DNA from: Saccharolobus solfataricus P2
GTDB lineage: Archaea > Thermoproteota > Thermoprotei_A > Sulfolobales > Sulfolobaceae
Reading direction: 5' to 3' (one strand)
Length of the DNA: 64,000 nt
NCBI RefSeq assembly: GCF_000007005.1
Contig: NC_002754.1
Shown here piece after piece: positions 1 to 10,686 of this stretch. Position 1 is the stretch's first letter, and each line of letters starts with the position of its first letter. The notes beneath the pieces were generated by a model. It was not told where the DNA came from and ran no database searches. It saw only the letters and a program-made list of their open reading frames with translations. The translations under genes were made by a program, and so were the position numbers.

Positions 1-148
1 GTGCCAGGAAGCTTGCTGTTATTACTTGGGCTGTGCTGTATTATAATAAGCCCTTTGATGCTAACGAGTAAAGCAGGTGATATCACTTGAATAAGTAGTG
101 TGTACTATGCTCGATTTTTTCACGGAAAGGTTTTATACCGGAAGCTCT
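1..148 (+). mobile_element. 3' end of IS110-family element (ISC1190-like); transposase C-terminus ends at TAA 69-71
   Basis: Frame from nt 3 reads ARKLAVITWAVLYYNKPFDANE*. Nt 1-148 are near-identical to the reverse complement of the copy at 41685-41830; identity stops after ...ATACCGGAAGCTCT. Confidence 0.85.
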
Positions 149-331
149 CAGCTTCCAAGGAACTTTGGAAGTGAATCTAATAACTTAATCGAGTCCTTCA
201 ACTCCCTCTTGGAAAGGAGATTCGGTAAGTTTCACTCCCCTTGGAGGATGCTCCAGATCGCTCGAACCATAGCTAATAACTATAACCTATTAACCTATTT
301 TCTCATTATTGTAATAATATTACATTGTACC
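149..331 (+). mobile_element. C-terminal remnant of another transposase (tentatively IS1-family/ISC1173-like), interrupted by the IS110 element
   Basis: Reads NNLIESFNSLLERRFGKFHSPWRMLQIARTIANNYNLL (integrase-like NxxE motif). Ends ...CATTGTACC, whose reverse complement GGTACAATG resembles an IS1-type GGT terminus. Family call is from memory. Confidence 0.45.
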
Positions 332-435
332 TATTCTTCTCGCTTTATCAGAAATATTCACAATAATTTCTTCATCGAATTATCTTAATTCATAGTGAAT
401 ATTACAATTCGCAATGGAAACATGAATCGCCCATT

Positions 436-1874
436 CAGTGGTGTTTCACCAAATTATTTCATTTGAAAGATATAATATTAGTCCTTTCAAAAAGAGATTG
501 ATATAGAGAAAAACAATAAAATTATTATGAAACATAACATGTTAAGGTAATTTGCAAAAAATATAGCGTACAATTCTAATAATAAGAGGAGAATTCTGAA
601 TTTTTCTCACGTGGTGAAAACGACGTGCATAGTCTCCTCTGAACACCGAGAAAGTTAGAGAAGCTTGACGAATGAATCGAAGGACAAAACCTTCTTACAC
701 GTGGACTTGAAGTTAAAGAGAAGATGATTCACTAGATTCCACGCAGAATCCAGAACCGTGTAATAGAGGAACAAGAAGATCTTATTACTCAACTTCCTAA
801 CATACCTTATCCTTGCCTTCCTAACCTTAAAACCCTCCTCAACCTGCCACCTCAACCTATAGAGTTCAGCCAGTTCATAGGGATCTCCCTCGAAGTTCGT
901 TACGAACATGAAGTGCCTCGGCTTTCCCTTAACGTAAACCACATCGTAATAATAAAGCCCTTCAAATTCCAAGACCCTATACGCAACGTAAACCTTGTCC
1001 TTAACCTCGTATCTCTTCTCAACTAATGGAACGTTAGATAGTTCCTTGAATCCCTTCAAGTTCGACTTCCCTCTCACAATGGTCTTCACGGGCATTTCCT
1101 TGATGACCCCTAGGTTCAAGAATCCGGCGTCAGCTACAACGTAATCTATTTCCATGTATTGGCTTACTTCCCTCACGCTCCTGAGTAGGAACTGTGATGG
1201 ACTGTCGCTTCTCAAATCTGCTACCTCCACTAGGAGGGGTAACCTTAAGGGATATACGAGGTCCAAGGATCTCATCTTTATTCCTTTTCTCTTCCAGTTG
1301 TAGAGTAGAAAGCCCTCTGCTTTTTCTTGTTCCTTTTCTCCCACGGTTAATCCGGTCTCATCTACAGCGACTACGTTGGTCTCTCCCTTTACTTCTCTGT
1401 AGATTGGGTAGAACTTGAAGGTTCTCTGACCTTTACTAATTACTTTCTCGCCTTGTCTTACTACCTTCAAGTAGTATTTTCCTCTGTTTCCGGTTAGCAA
1501 GGATGGCGCTGCTTTCACTATTTCCGGGTCTAGATCTTGAGAGATAACGTTAATATTGATTGTTGCTAAATTTATAGCGAGGGACTTCAGCTCCGTTTTG
1601 GATACTTGTATGGTTTGCATAACGGAGTTATGGAGTCCCTCGCTTTAACCTTTTCTTGTTCATCTCGTCCTTCCACCTACTTTCCTCTATTGATAATACT
1701 AGACAAATGGTATTACTCTTTATATATAAACTCGTTTTCTGTTAGTTTCTTCAACAAATATGAAAATTTTTTGCTTCTTGTGTTGAAATAAGCCGATTTT
1801 TCTAACTCCGCTCTGATATTTTTCTCTTCCATAGAAATTGTATCATTTTGAGTAAAATTGGTGAAACACCACTG
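436..1874 (-). mobile_element. ISC1439 (A-type, ISH3/IS4-like), exactly 1439 bp, no target duplication
   Basis: Terminal IRs CAGTGGTGTTTCACCAAATT (436-455) and AAATTGGTGAAACACCACTG (1855-1874). Flanks TCGCCCATT and TATTTACAC do not match. Confidence 0.92.
655..1620 (-). CDS. ISC1439 DDE transposase, intact, 321 aa
   Basis: VAVDETG, VVADAGF and YRLRWQVEEGFK (Y-2-R-3-E-6-K) motifs. Confidence 0.92.
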   Translation of the reverse strand: MQTIQVSKTELKSLAINLATININVISQDLDPEIVKAAPSLLTGNRGKYYLKVVRQGEKVISKGQRTFKFYPIYREVKGETNVVAVDETGLTVGEKEQEKAEGFLLYNWKRKGIKMRSLDLVYPLRLPLLVEVADLRSDSPSQFLLRSVREVSQYMEIDYVVADAGFLNLGVIKEMPVKTIVRGKSNLKGFKELSNVPLVEKRYEVKDKVYVAYRVLEFEGLYYYDVVYVKGKPRHFMFVTNFEGDPYELAELYRLRWQVEEGFKVRKARIRYVRKLSNKIFLFLYYTVLDSAWNLVNHLLFNFKSTCKKVLSFDSFVKLL

Positions 1875-2196
1875 TATTTACACCTAATTGTTTAAGTAGA
1901 GCGTTAGCTTGATCTTGAGCGTACATCAAAACTTGTTGCGCTTCAGCTCCAACAGAAGACAACTGTCCAGTAAGTGGCAATAGAGCCCCAATCTTAATAA
2001 CTTGTTGTGTGGTAGTTTGAGATTGAGAAGTGGAGATTACAGAGGATTGGCTAGTCATAGAAGAGCTTGATGTAGGAGCATGGCTTCCCATCTGTTGGAA
2101 ATATGCTACTACTCCTACTACTATTAATATTATTACTACTACCGCTATTATTATTGCAGTAGATGTTGATATTGCTCTTTTATATTTGCCTTCCAT
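1875..2196 (-). pseudogene. N-terminal 107 codons of a branched-chain/LivJ-type ABC substrate-binding protein, truncated by ISC1439
   Basis: Class III signal-like KRA/ISTSTAIIIAVV, S/T linker, IKIGALLPLTG motif. Frame runs into the IS end at 1874. Confidence 0.8.
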
Positions 2197-2452
2197 ACTA
2201 TTTAAAGGTAGCGTTAGAACGGTATAAAAATTTTACTATATTAACTATCTAACTATAAACTGATTAATCTAAACCGTATGAAGTATTAAAACAAAGATAT
2301 CAAATAGCCTCTAAAGATAAAAATGGCTAGTTTGAGGCGGTAATGTCTGTTTAAACTTAAACTCAAAAGTTTATATCAGAGAACAATTGTATTAAACAAA
2401 TTTGAATTAGATATGCTAACTTAAATAATAAAAAAAGAGAAAAGGAATTATA

Positions 2453-4117
2453 TTACTTCAAGAGATAGTATTTATTGTCTATGCTGGCTATTGCAAGGGG
2501 TAACGCTAAGAATGGGAGTAAGAAGAGCATTACGCTATTACTTGTCTTTTGTGTATTATTGGTTAGTCCATATGCTGATGGATTTGTAACCCATGGTGGG
2601 TAGTATCCAGCAAAAGGATGGCCGGGGAATCCTAAGTATCCTAATCCTAATTTAGCTGCGGCTAACCATTCATTTTGTTCTTGTTGCATTGAAGATACTA
2701 ACGTAGAGTTCCAAGCAGATAATCCAACCTTGCCAACTTGCTGTAAAGTTAGTAATCCTGAATCTATTTGAGCGAAAACGTCATCAAACACTCCACCATC
2801 TGATAGTTGATAAACGAAGTTTTGCTCTGACGTATTTATTAATTGCTGATAATCATACCATTGTGCTGGTTGAGCATACCAATCCGTACCATTTTTATAA
2901 TAGGTTACTGCCTTGTATTTTGTCCAGACTTCCTGCCCTTGGTATGAAGACCAGAAATGGGCTAGTTGTAAAGCTTGTTGTTCTTGAGGACCTACTGGTA
3001 TACCAATTGTATCTATCACTAAAGCATAGTAGTGCTGTGTGCCTGGGAATGGAGTTTCCACTACAGAAACACTTGAGTTGCTTATGTATTGAGGTAACGG
3101 AGGATAAACTGTAACGTTTATATAACTTGCGTAATTAGTTACCCAGTTCCCATTGGCTTGAAATGCGACTTTACCTTGAGCTATTAGTGCAAATGCTTGT
3201 TCCCATGACATAGATTGCCAACCAGGGTAGTTATAGCTTGTGAAGTTCAAGAACCAATAGTTGGTTTCATTTATTAGTTTCTGAACCGTTGGATTGCTGA
3301 AGTTCAGTGTACCATATATTAGTTCATTGTAGAGTTGTGGCCCAGCTAAATATAAGAATATATCCTCCCATACGTTAAATTGATCCCATCCACCGTCTCC
3401 ACCAGGTATAATCCATGGACTCACACCGTGATTAGCTAGTTGTACAGTATCATAAACGAGAGTACTAAAGTTGTAGGGGAATGGTAAATTATATTCCCTT
3501 AACAATTGAGTGTTGACATAAAGAACTGCTCCCCTATGTACGTTAATTGGTACTGATAATAATGTACCATTATAAGCTCCAGCTTGTAATACTGCATAAA
3601 CCGCGTTATTAAGTAGTCCCCATTGGATTAAATAAGGAGTCATATTGACAAAAGTATGTATACCATTGGGCGCAGCCTCAACATAACTTATCATTTCTGG
3701 TCCATAGTGTACCTGAAATGCAGCTGGAGGTTTACCAGCTTGTATAAGCGCTAAAATAGCATATTTTGCATTTGTACCTCCAGCTCCTGGAATAGAATAT
3801 GTTTGCATTTGTAAGCCCGCATATTGCTTAACTGCAGGGATTATCTGGCTTAGTGCTTCCCCTCCATCACCTCCACCCCACCATGTATAGAAGACTACTG
3901 TATTGCTAGGGGTTGACGTGGTTGTGCTGGGTATTGTAGTAGTTGTAGTAAACGTGCTTGTTACTGTAGTAGTTACAGCAGTTGTAGAGGGCCCCTTGGT
4001 TAAAACGAAACCTGCTACTACTCCTATTATTATCACTATTACGATTACTGCTACTATTACTGCTATTTGGGTAGATGTTAATCCCTTAGCTAGACTATAC
4101 GGGTACTTCCTTTTCAT
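2453..4117 (-). CDS. glcS: Glucose ABC transporter substrate-binding protein GlcS
   Basis: MKRKYPYSLAKG/LTSTQIAV class III (PibD) signal, Thr-rich linker, sugar-SBP FYTWWGGG, C-terminal hydrophobic anchor. Divergent from permeases and glcV. Confidence 0.93.
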   Translation of the reverse strand: MKRKYPYSLAKGLTSTQIAVIVAVIVIVIIIGVVAGFVLTKGPSTTAVTTTVTSTFTTTTTIPSTTTSTPSNTVVFYTWWGGGDGGEALSQIIPAVKQYAGLQMQTYSIPGAGGTNAKYAILALIQAGKPPAAFQVHYGPEMISYVEAAPNGIHTFVNMTPYLIQWGLLNNAVYAVLQAGAYNGTLLSVPINVHRGAVLYVNTQLLREYNLPFPYNFSTLVYDTVQLANHGVSPWIIPGGDGGWDQFNVWEDIFLYLAGPQLYNELIYGTLNFSNPTVQKLINETNYWFLNFTSYNYPGWQSMSWEQAFALIAQGKVAFQANGNWVTNYASYINVTVYPPLPQYISNSSVSVVETPFPGTQHYYALVIDTIGIPVGPQEQQALQLAHFWSSYQGQEVWTKYKAVTYYKNGTDWYAQPAQWYDYQQLINTSEQNFVYQLSDGGVFDDVFAQIDSGLLTLQQVGKVGLSAWNSTLVSSMQQEQNEWLAAAKLGLGYLGFPGHPFAGYYPPWVTNPSAYGLTNNTQKTSNSVMLFLLPFLALPLAIASIDNKYYLLK

Positions 4118-4308
4118 GACAATTTATGGTAACCACTGATGGTTTATAAAGTTTTTTATTGTACTTACTATTAAACTTATATATATTATTATATATAGTT
4201 ACCCCTATTTATAAAGTTTCTCTGCATAGATATTAAGATAATTTTTATATAAACATCATAGATTCTACATGATCATTAATTTATATACCCTCCTATATAT
4301 AGTTAATC

Positions 4309-5169
4309 TTGATGAAGAAGGGTACAATAATCTTGGTTGCTCCCACAGCTATTTTTTCCGCAATACTATTGTACCTAGTAATATGGAATGCAGTAATGTC
4401 ATTCATGAATTGGTCCTTGCTGAACTCTAAACCGACTTTTGTCGGGCTTGAAACTTACAGCATCGTAATAAGAACCTTTCAGTTCACAAACTCTTTATTA
4501 CACTCCATAGAGTTGTCAGTAATTCTAGTAGTTATTGGGAATATTCTGGGCATATTTATTGCAGCTTTACTATACTTTTTAAATTCCAACAAGGCCAGGT
4601 CTACTTTTCTCTCAATAGTAATATACCCTTTATCTATTTCCATGGCTGTTAATGGACTCATTTGGCTTTGGTTATTTAATATTCATATTGGAGTAGACTG
4701 GCTTTTAGTGAGGATTGGTTTACCTCAATTTCCGTGGCTTTCGTCAACCTCTACAATGTTTCCTAGCTTAGTTTTGGTCTCAGTTTGGGCATATACTGGA
4801 ATTGCGGCTCTGTTTTATTTAGCAGGGTTTATGAACATAGATAAGACTATAGTAGAAGCAGCTAGATTGGATGGAACTAGTGCTTTCAAAATACTATACA
4901 AGATACTGATTCCAAATTCGTTAAACTCTTTTATTATAGCCACGGCCCTTCTATTCTTGTTCTCATTTAGAATATTTGATCTGCCTTATGTGTTGTCTGG
5001 TGGCACTACGAATATTTTTCTTCAAACGAGTGAGTTATACATGTATTACCTCTTCACTGTGGAGTATTTCTCTCAAGCTACAGCAGTTGCTACGATGATA
5101 ACATTAATTGCTACGATAATCATTATTCCGTATGCCTTAACTGTCATTAGGAGGTGGATAAGAAGATGA
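4309..5169 (+). CDS. glcT: Glucose ABC transporter permease
   Basis: Six-TM permease with EAARLDG (EAA loop); first gene of the operon with glcV. Confidence 0.9.
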   Translation: MMKKGTIILVAPTAIFSAILLYLVIWNAVMSFMNWSLLNSKPTFVGLETYSIVIRTFQFTNSLLHSIELSVILVVIGNILGIFIAALLYFLNSNKARSTFLSIVIYPLSISMAVNGLIWLWLFNIHIGVDWLLVRIGLPQFPWLSSTSTMFPSLVLVSVWAYTGIAALFYLAGFMNIDKTIVEAARLDGTSAFKILYKILIPNSLNSFIIATALLFLFSFRIFDLPYVLSGGTTNIFLQTSELYMYYLFTVEYFSQATAVATMITLIATIIIIPYALTVIRRWIRR

Positions 5170-6017
5170 GACCAGTGATAAAGGCAAGTTTGCATTATCT
5201 AGCATTAGCGATTGTGAGCGTTATATGGCTTATACCAGTTTATGCAATGCTCATAAATGGGTTTAAGAGTAATTTCGAAGTTCTATCTACTCCAGTTTTA
5301 GTACCACCTACAAAAATTACGTTTGAAGCGTATGTGTCAGTCCTTCTATCACTAGCTAAACCTCTAATCAATAGCTTAATAATTGTTATTCCTACTTCGT
5401 TTATTTCAGCATTCCTAGGTGCTATGGGTGCATATTTCTTTTATACATTATCTTATTCGTTTAGTAGAGCTTCTTCTGCCATAAGTGATGTTTTATTCTC
5501 TCTAATATCACTAGCTACATTTATTCCCCAAGAAGCTACACTATTACCGTTAACTAGGCTAATAGTAAGTATGGGATTATTAGATTCTTATATAGGTATA
5601 ATATTTGCGTTATTGATATTTTATATACCTACTGGAGCTTTATTAATGTCCATGTTTATTTCAGTTATACCAAGAAGTCTAATTGAGGCGGCAAAGATGG
5701 ACGGAACTGGAGATTTAAAGATATTCATGAAAATAGTATTCCCACTTTCTATGCCAGGCTTCATTTCAACGTTAATATTTATTATAATACAAGCATGGAA
5801 TAACTTCTTTATCCCGTTAGTACTAGTGACAACTCCTGGAATGAAACTAACATCTATAGCTGTATTATCCTATAGTGGAGCATATGGTACTTTATATAAT
5901 GATACATTCGCTGCTGGAATGGTTGCAAGTATAATACCACTAGCAATATTTGTATTTCTTGGGAGATACTTTATAAGAGGATTAATGGCACTAGGTGGTG
6001 GAGGTAAGGGGGTGTAA
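5166..6017 (+). CDS. glcU: Glucose ABC transporter permease (ATG at 5166 overlaps glcT stop as ATGA; ORF track starts at 5154)
   Basis: EAAKMDG loop, MalG-type topology. Confidence 0.9.
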   Translation: MRPVIKASLHYLALAIVSVIWLIPVYAMLINGFKSNFEVLSTPVLVPPTKITFEAYVSVLLSLAKPLINSLIIVIPTSFISAFLGAMGAYFFYTLSYSFSRASSAISDVLFSLISLATFIPQEATLLPLTRLIVSMGLLDSYIGIIFALLIFYIPTGALLMSMFISVIPRSLIEAAKMDGTGDLKIFMKIVFPLSMPGFISTLIFIIIQAWNNFFIPLVLVTTPGMKLTSIAVLSYSGAYGTLYNDTFAAGMVASIIPLAIFVFLGRYFIRGLMALGGGGKGV

Positions 6018-6020
6018 AAG

Positions 6021-7082
6021 ATGGTTAGGATTATTGTAAAAAACGTCTCTAAGGTTTTTAAGAAAGGTAAAGTAGTAGCATTAGATAACGTTAATATAAA
6101 TATTGAAAATGGAGAGAGATTTGGCATATTAGGTCCCAGTGGTGCTGGTAAGACAACTTTCATGAGGATCATTGCAGGCTTAGATGTACCTTCTACTGGG
6201 GAACTGTATTTCGACGATAGACTAGTTGCTTCAAATGGTAAACTAATAGTACCTCCGGAAGACAGAAAAATCGGCATGGTGTTCCAAACTTGGGCCCTAT
6301 ACCCTAATTTAACGGCGTTCGAGAATATTGCGTTTCCTTTAACTAATATGAAGATGAGCAAGGAAGAGATAAGAAAAAGAGTTGAGGAAGTAGCCAAGAT
6401 TTTAGATATTCATCATGTCTTAAATCACTTTCCTAGGGAATTGTCTGGAGGACAGCAACAAAGAGTTGCATTAGCTAGAGCTCTGGTTAAAGATCCGTCT
6501 TTACTATTACTAGATGAACCATTTAGCAATTTAGATGCTAGGATGAGAGATAGTGCAAGAGCTTTAGTTAAAGAAGTCCAAAGTAGATTAGGTGTGACCT
6601 TACTTGTTGTTAGCCATGATCCCGCTGATATTTTCGCCATTGCTGATAGGGTCGGAGTGTTAGTTAAAGGCAAATTGGTTCAAGTGGGTAAACCCGAGGA
6701 CTTATATGATAATCCAGTGTCTATTCAAGTTGCTAGTCTCATAGGTGAAATTAATGAACTGGAGGGAAAGGTAACAAATGAGGGTGTAGTTATAGGCAGT
6801 CTCAGATTTCCAGTAAGTGTCTCTAGTGATAGAGCAATAATAGGTATTAGACCAGAAGATGTGAAGCTGTCAAAAGATGTCATTAAGGATGATTCTTGGA
6901 TTTTAGTAGGCAAGGGAAAGGTCAAAGTTATAGGCTATCAAGGAGGTCTATTTAGGATAACTATAACTCCCTTAGACTCGGAGGAAGAGATATTCACCTA
7001 TTCTGATCATCCGATACACTCTGGTGAGGAAGTATTAGTGTATGTGAGAAAAGATAAGATAAAAGTCTTTGAAAAAAATTAG
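6021..7082 (+). CDS. glcV: Glucose ABC transporter ATPase GlcV
   Basis: Walker A GPSGAGKT, LSGGQQQ, LLLLDEP, C-terminal OB/TOBE-like region. Sequence recognised as S. solfataricus GlcV. Confidence 0.95.
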   Translation: MVRIIVKNVSKVFKKGKVVALDNVNINIENGERFGILGPSGAGKTTFMRIIAGLDVPSTGELYFDDRLVASNGKLIVPPEDRKIGMVFQTWALYPNLTAFENIAFPLTNMKMSKEEIRKRVEEVAKILDIHHVLNHFPRELSGGQQQRVALARALVKDPSLLLLDEPFSNLDARMRDSARALVKEVQSRLGVTLLVVSHDPADIFAIADRVGVLVKGKLVQVGKPEDLYDNPVSIQVASLIGEINELEGKVTNEGVVIGSLRFPVSVSSDRAIIGIRPEDVKLSKDVIKDDSWILVGKGKVKVIGYQGGLFRITITPLDSEEEIFTYSDHPIHSGEEVLVYVRKDKIKVFEKN

Positions 7083-7120
7083 AATCCCTAAAAAAAGAGC
7101 TTTCCCTTTTTATTTTTATT
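7083..7120. terminator. Probable bidirectional T-tract terminator between convergent glcV and MFS genes
   Basis: A7 run followed by TTTTTATTTTTATT in a 38-bp convergent gap. Confidence 0.5.
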
Positions 7121-8461
7121 CTACGTAGTTTTTTGTGGTTCTTCAGCTAATCTAGTTCCTAGTGTTTCTGGCCCGAAGTATTGTGCAATACCAACTATTA
7201 AAGCTCCAATCATTAATAATACAGCAGTAGAGAACCATACGTTATTTGGTGTATCTAATGATTTAAACAAGTAGTTATGCATCAGAGGTACGTATATACT
7301 GAACCAACCTCCAAGGAAAATTCCAGAGGAGTAACCGAAACCCACTCCAGAAGCCCTCATTGATGCTTTAAATCTCTCAGATAAATAGATAGGTATTATA
7401 CCCCATGGTCCTTGCGTTATTATACCAATAATTATTGAGAATAACATAGCAGTTATAGCGTTACCAGCAATAGCCGCAGTAATCAACCCATAATAAATTG
7501 GTATTGCAATGACAAAGGTAATTATACTCCATATTATTGTTAACCTCCTTCTTCCAACATATTGGGATAGAGTGCCGAATATCAACGCGCCTGCGAATGC
7601 AGCGTAAGTACCGATACTATATATGTAGTTTGCTTCTCCAAGACTAAATGTGGAAGGACTATGTTCCAAAATAGTAGGCACAAATGCAAATAGAGCATAG
7701 GCGAAGAAGAACATGCCTGTCATATATGCCATGACTTGTAAGAAGTCCCTTCTATAAGGTGCTTTAAACAAGTCCGCCAGTGGTGTCCTTCTAATCAGAT
7801 TCTTCTTTTTAACGTCTTCAAAAACTGGTGTTTCCTTCATGGCGAGTCTTACTGCTAGGGCTATGAAAGCCGGTATTACGGCAGTTAAAAAGACATATCT
7901 CCACGCAAACTCCTCAACACCGGATACGCCATAAATTCCTATGAAGATACCTTCTATAACAGCAGCTAATGCTGCGCCAAATGAGAAACCACCTTGGACT
8001 AGTCCACTAATGAAACCTCTCCATTTATATGGTGTCCACTCCATGGCAAATGGATGACCTGCTGAGTACTCTCCACCAGCGAAGATTCCTACAGCAACTC
8101 TTATTAAAACGAATAGAACGAATGAAAGAATTCCAGCTTGTGCATATGTTGGTAATGCTGAAGTTAATGCACTAGTAATTCCTAAACCCAATACCGTAAT
8201 TATTAAGTCAGCTCTCCTACCTATCTTATCTCCTAAATTTCCAAATATTGCTGAGCCTAAGGGTCTGAATATTATTGTTAAGGAGTAGGAAAGAATGATA
8301 TTAAAGGTCGCTATGAGTGGACTTGCGGGTGGTAAAATTACCTTAGCTAGAACTGGAGCTATGCTTAAAATCATAGTTAAATCATAGGAGTCTAGAAGGA
8401 ATCCTATAAACTGGGATATTATTGCCTTCCCGCTATCCCATGTAAACTTTTCTGGCTCCAT
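7121..8461 (-). CDS. MFS metabolite:H+ symporter (MHS-like)
   Basis: 12-TM pattern; [19 protein letters not shown] (motif A), GGE, SERF. Confidence 0.88.
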   Translation of the reverse strand: MEPEKFTWDSGKAIISQFIGFLLDSYDLTMILSIAPVLAKVILPPASPLIATFNIILSYSLTIIFRPLGSAIFGNLGDKIGRRADLIITVLGLGITSALTSALPTYAQAGILSFVLFVLIRVAVGIFAGGEYSAGHPFAMEWTPYKWRGFISGLVQGGFSFGAALAAVIEGIFIGIYGVSGVEEFAWRYVFLTAVIPAFIALAVRLAMKETPVFEDVKKKNLIRRTPLADLFKAPYRRDFLQVMAYMTGMFFFAYALFAFVPTILEHSPSTFSLGEANYIYSIGTYAAFAGALIFGTLSQYVGRRRLTIIWSIITFVIAIPIYYGLITAAIAGNAITAMLFSIIIGIITQGPWGIIPIYLSERFKASMRASGVGFGYSSGIFLGGWFSIYVPLMHNYLFKSLDTPNNVWFSTAVLLMIGALIVGIAQYFGPETLGTRLAEEPQKTT

Positions 8462-9639
8462 TGAAGCCTTTTTAAACTTATTGTATTAAAAATTAACTTC
8501 TTAGATGCCTTGTGGACTTGTTGAATTTTCACAAAGAGCTAAGAACCATTGCACACCTAAATTGTATGTTTTGAGATAAATTGAAATGAAGATAATATAG
8601 TAGTTTATTTGGAAAAATTTAATATTTCAGAAAAGTGCTTTCTAGAGAATAATTTGAGTTATTTAAATAGCATACAGTGCTCAACGTTTTATACCTCGCA
8701 TAAAGTTAGAGTGAGATATGGAAGAGATAAATAGAATAGCGATTATAGGAGGAGTAAGGTCTTTTAGTGGTTCCGTAATTTGGCCATTTATCGGATTTGC
8801 GTTATATAAAGTTTATGGGTTCTCTCTAGATACCGTCTCGATATTTTACCTAATTCAAGCACTGATAAACGTTGTTGCGTCAGTTAGTGGGGGAATAGTA
8901 GTTGACTATTTGGGGAGGAGAAACGCCATGATGCTCTCAATGATTGTTTCCTCATTTGCTCTATTTACGGCATATCTAGTCAATCTCCCTATACCTATAG
9001 CAGGATTGATTCTATTACAAACGTTCTTTAACAATATATACAATGTATCTTCTACTGCAATAGTTGGGGATATTTATAAAAGGGCTGATTTAGTTAAGGC
9101 GTTTAGTAGGCAAAGGGTTGGAATTAATGCGGGATGGGCTTTAGGGCCATTGATTGGTGGCTATATTTTCACATTCTACGGATTCAGAACGCTATTATTA
9201 GTATCAAGCTTGATTGCGATCATACCGATATTTCTAGTGAGATTATTACCTGAATTCAAGGGTGGGGGGAATATCTTAAATTTCAATGTCAACAAGCAAT
9301 TTATTCTTTTCCTAATTTCTACCTTTCTTACTTTCGTGTTAGTGGGCCAATTGGGATTCGGTTTACTAACGTATTATAATGCCCAACTTCACTTCACAGA
9401 ATTTCAAGTTAGCATATTATCAGTTGTGTTTCACCAAATTATCTCACTTGAAAGATATTGTGTTAGTTCTTTCAAAAGGGAATTGATATAGAGAAAGATA
9501 GTGATATTATAGTGAAATATAGCATATTAACATTATTTGCAATAAACATAACGTGTAGATTCAGATTAAAGGGAGATAATCTGAATTTTTATCACGTGGT
9601 TAGAACGGTGTGCAGAGTGTCCTCTGCACGCCGAGGAAG

Positions 9640-10686
9640 TTAGAGAAGCCTGACGAAGGAGTCGAAGGAGAGAGGCTTCCTTTTCGTGGACTTGAAGTTG
9701 AAGAGGAGGTAATTCACGAGGTTCCACACTGAATCTAGGACAGTGTAATAGAGGTAGAGGAAGATCTTGTTGGTTAACTTCCTCACTAGTATTTTGGAAA
9801 AGTTCTTAGACTATGATCTAGTGGTATATCCTTTGCCTAAAGCTATAAACTTTCTGAAAGCACTAACGTACCTTATCCTGGCCTTCCTGACCTTGAAGCC
9901 CTCTTCGCTCTGCCATCTCAACCTGTAGAGCTCAGCTAGCTTGTAGGGATCTCCATTGAAGTTGGTAACGAAGATGAAGTGCCTGGGTTTCTCCTTGACG
10001 TATATCACTTCATAGTAGTAAAGGTCATTGTACTTCAGGACCCTATACGCAACGTAAACCCTGTCATTTACCTCGCATTTCTTCTCGGTTAGAGAGACGT
10101 TGGAGAGTTCCTTGAAGCCCTTCAGGTTGGTCTTACCTCCTACCACGGTCTTCACAGGCATCTCCTTGATTACCTTCAAGTTCAGGAAACCCGCGTCAGC
10201 AACAACGTAGTCTATCTTGAGGTGCTGAGCAACTTCGCTCACGGCCCTCATCAGGAACTGGGAGGGAGTATCGCTTCTCAAGTCAGCTATCTCCTCGAGG
10301 AGGGACAGCCTCAAGGGGAACACCAAGTCCACGGACCTCAACTTAACTCCCTTCCTCTTCCCGTTGTAGAGTTGAAATCCTTCCACCTTCCTCGACTCCT
10401 TCTCCCCCACGGTTATCGCGGTCTCGTCCACTGCAACGATTGTAGTCTCTCCCTCAACTTTCACGTGAGGGTAGAACTTGAAGCTCCTCTCCCCTTGACT
10501 CATCACCTTCTCTCCTTCCCTAACGACCTTCAAGTACTCCTTTCCCCTGTTCCCTGTCAACAGGAACGGAGCTGCGTCCGCGATCCTCGTGTCCAACTCT
10601 TGGGAGATAACGTTAAGATTATTGACGATGAAATAACTAGCGAGGGACTTCAACTCCGTTTTGAATCCCGTTTCATAAACTTGCAT
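9640..10686 (-). pseudogene. ISC1439B transposase interrupted by SM1-like MITE
   Basis: Homologous to the 655-1620 ORF up to RIRYV. The insert introduces a stop at 9811; removing it gives 321 aa. Confidence 0.88.
9787..9865. mobile_element. 79-bp MITE (SM1-like), 2-bp TSD AC
   Basis: Imperfect IR TAGTATTTTGGAAAAGTT / AACTTTCTGAAAGCACTA, flanked by AC on both sides. Second copy at 37160. Size matches SM1 as recalled. Confidence 0.85.

Noticed and set aside
98-388. 96-aa ORF as a real gene
   Set aside because: Chimera of the IS110 right end, another transposase tail and its terminal sequence.
1194-1791. Plus-strand ORFs 1194-1418 and 1606-1791 (also 10222-10740)
   Set aside because: Antisense shadows of ISC1439 transposases and ends.
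2030-4139. ORFs 2030-2227, 2863-3114, 3903-4139
   Set aside because: Antisense to glcS and the SBP remnant; open frames caused by low-complexity Thr/Ile codons.
5870-6925. Minus-strand ORFs opposite glcU/glcV, and similar short antisense ORFs opposite acs, thiolase, ACAD, copB and sir
   Set aside because: Fully overlap well-supported genes and have no motifs.
8505-8545. CCTTGTGGACTTGTTGAATTTTCACAAAG resembling an IS903-type terminus (similar ACTTGTTGAATTTTC at about 46451)
   Set aside because: Solo short matches with no partner end or transposase.
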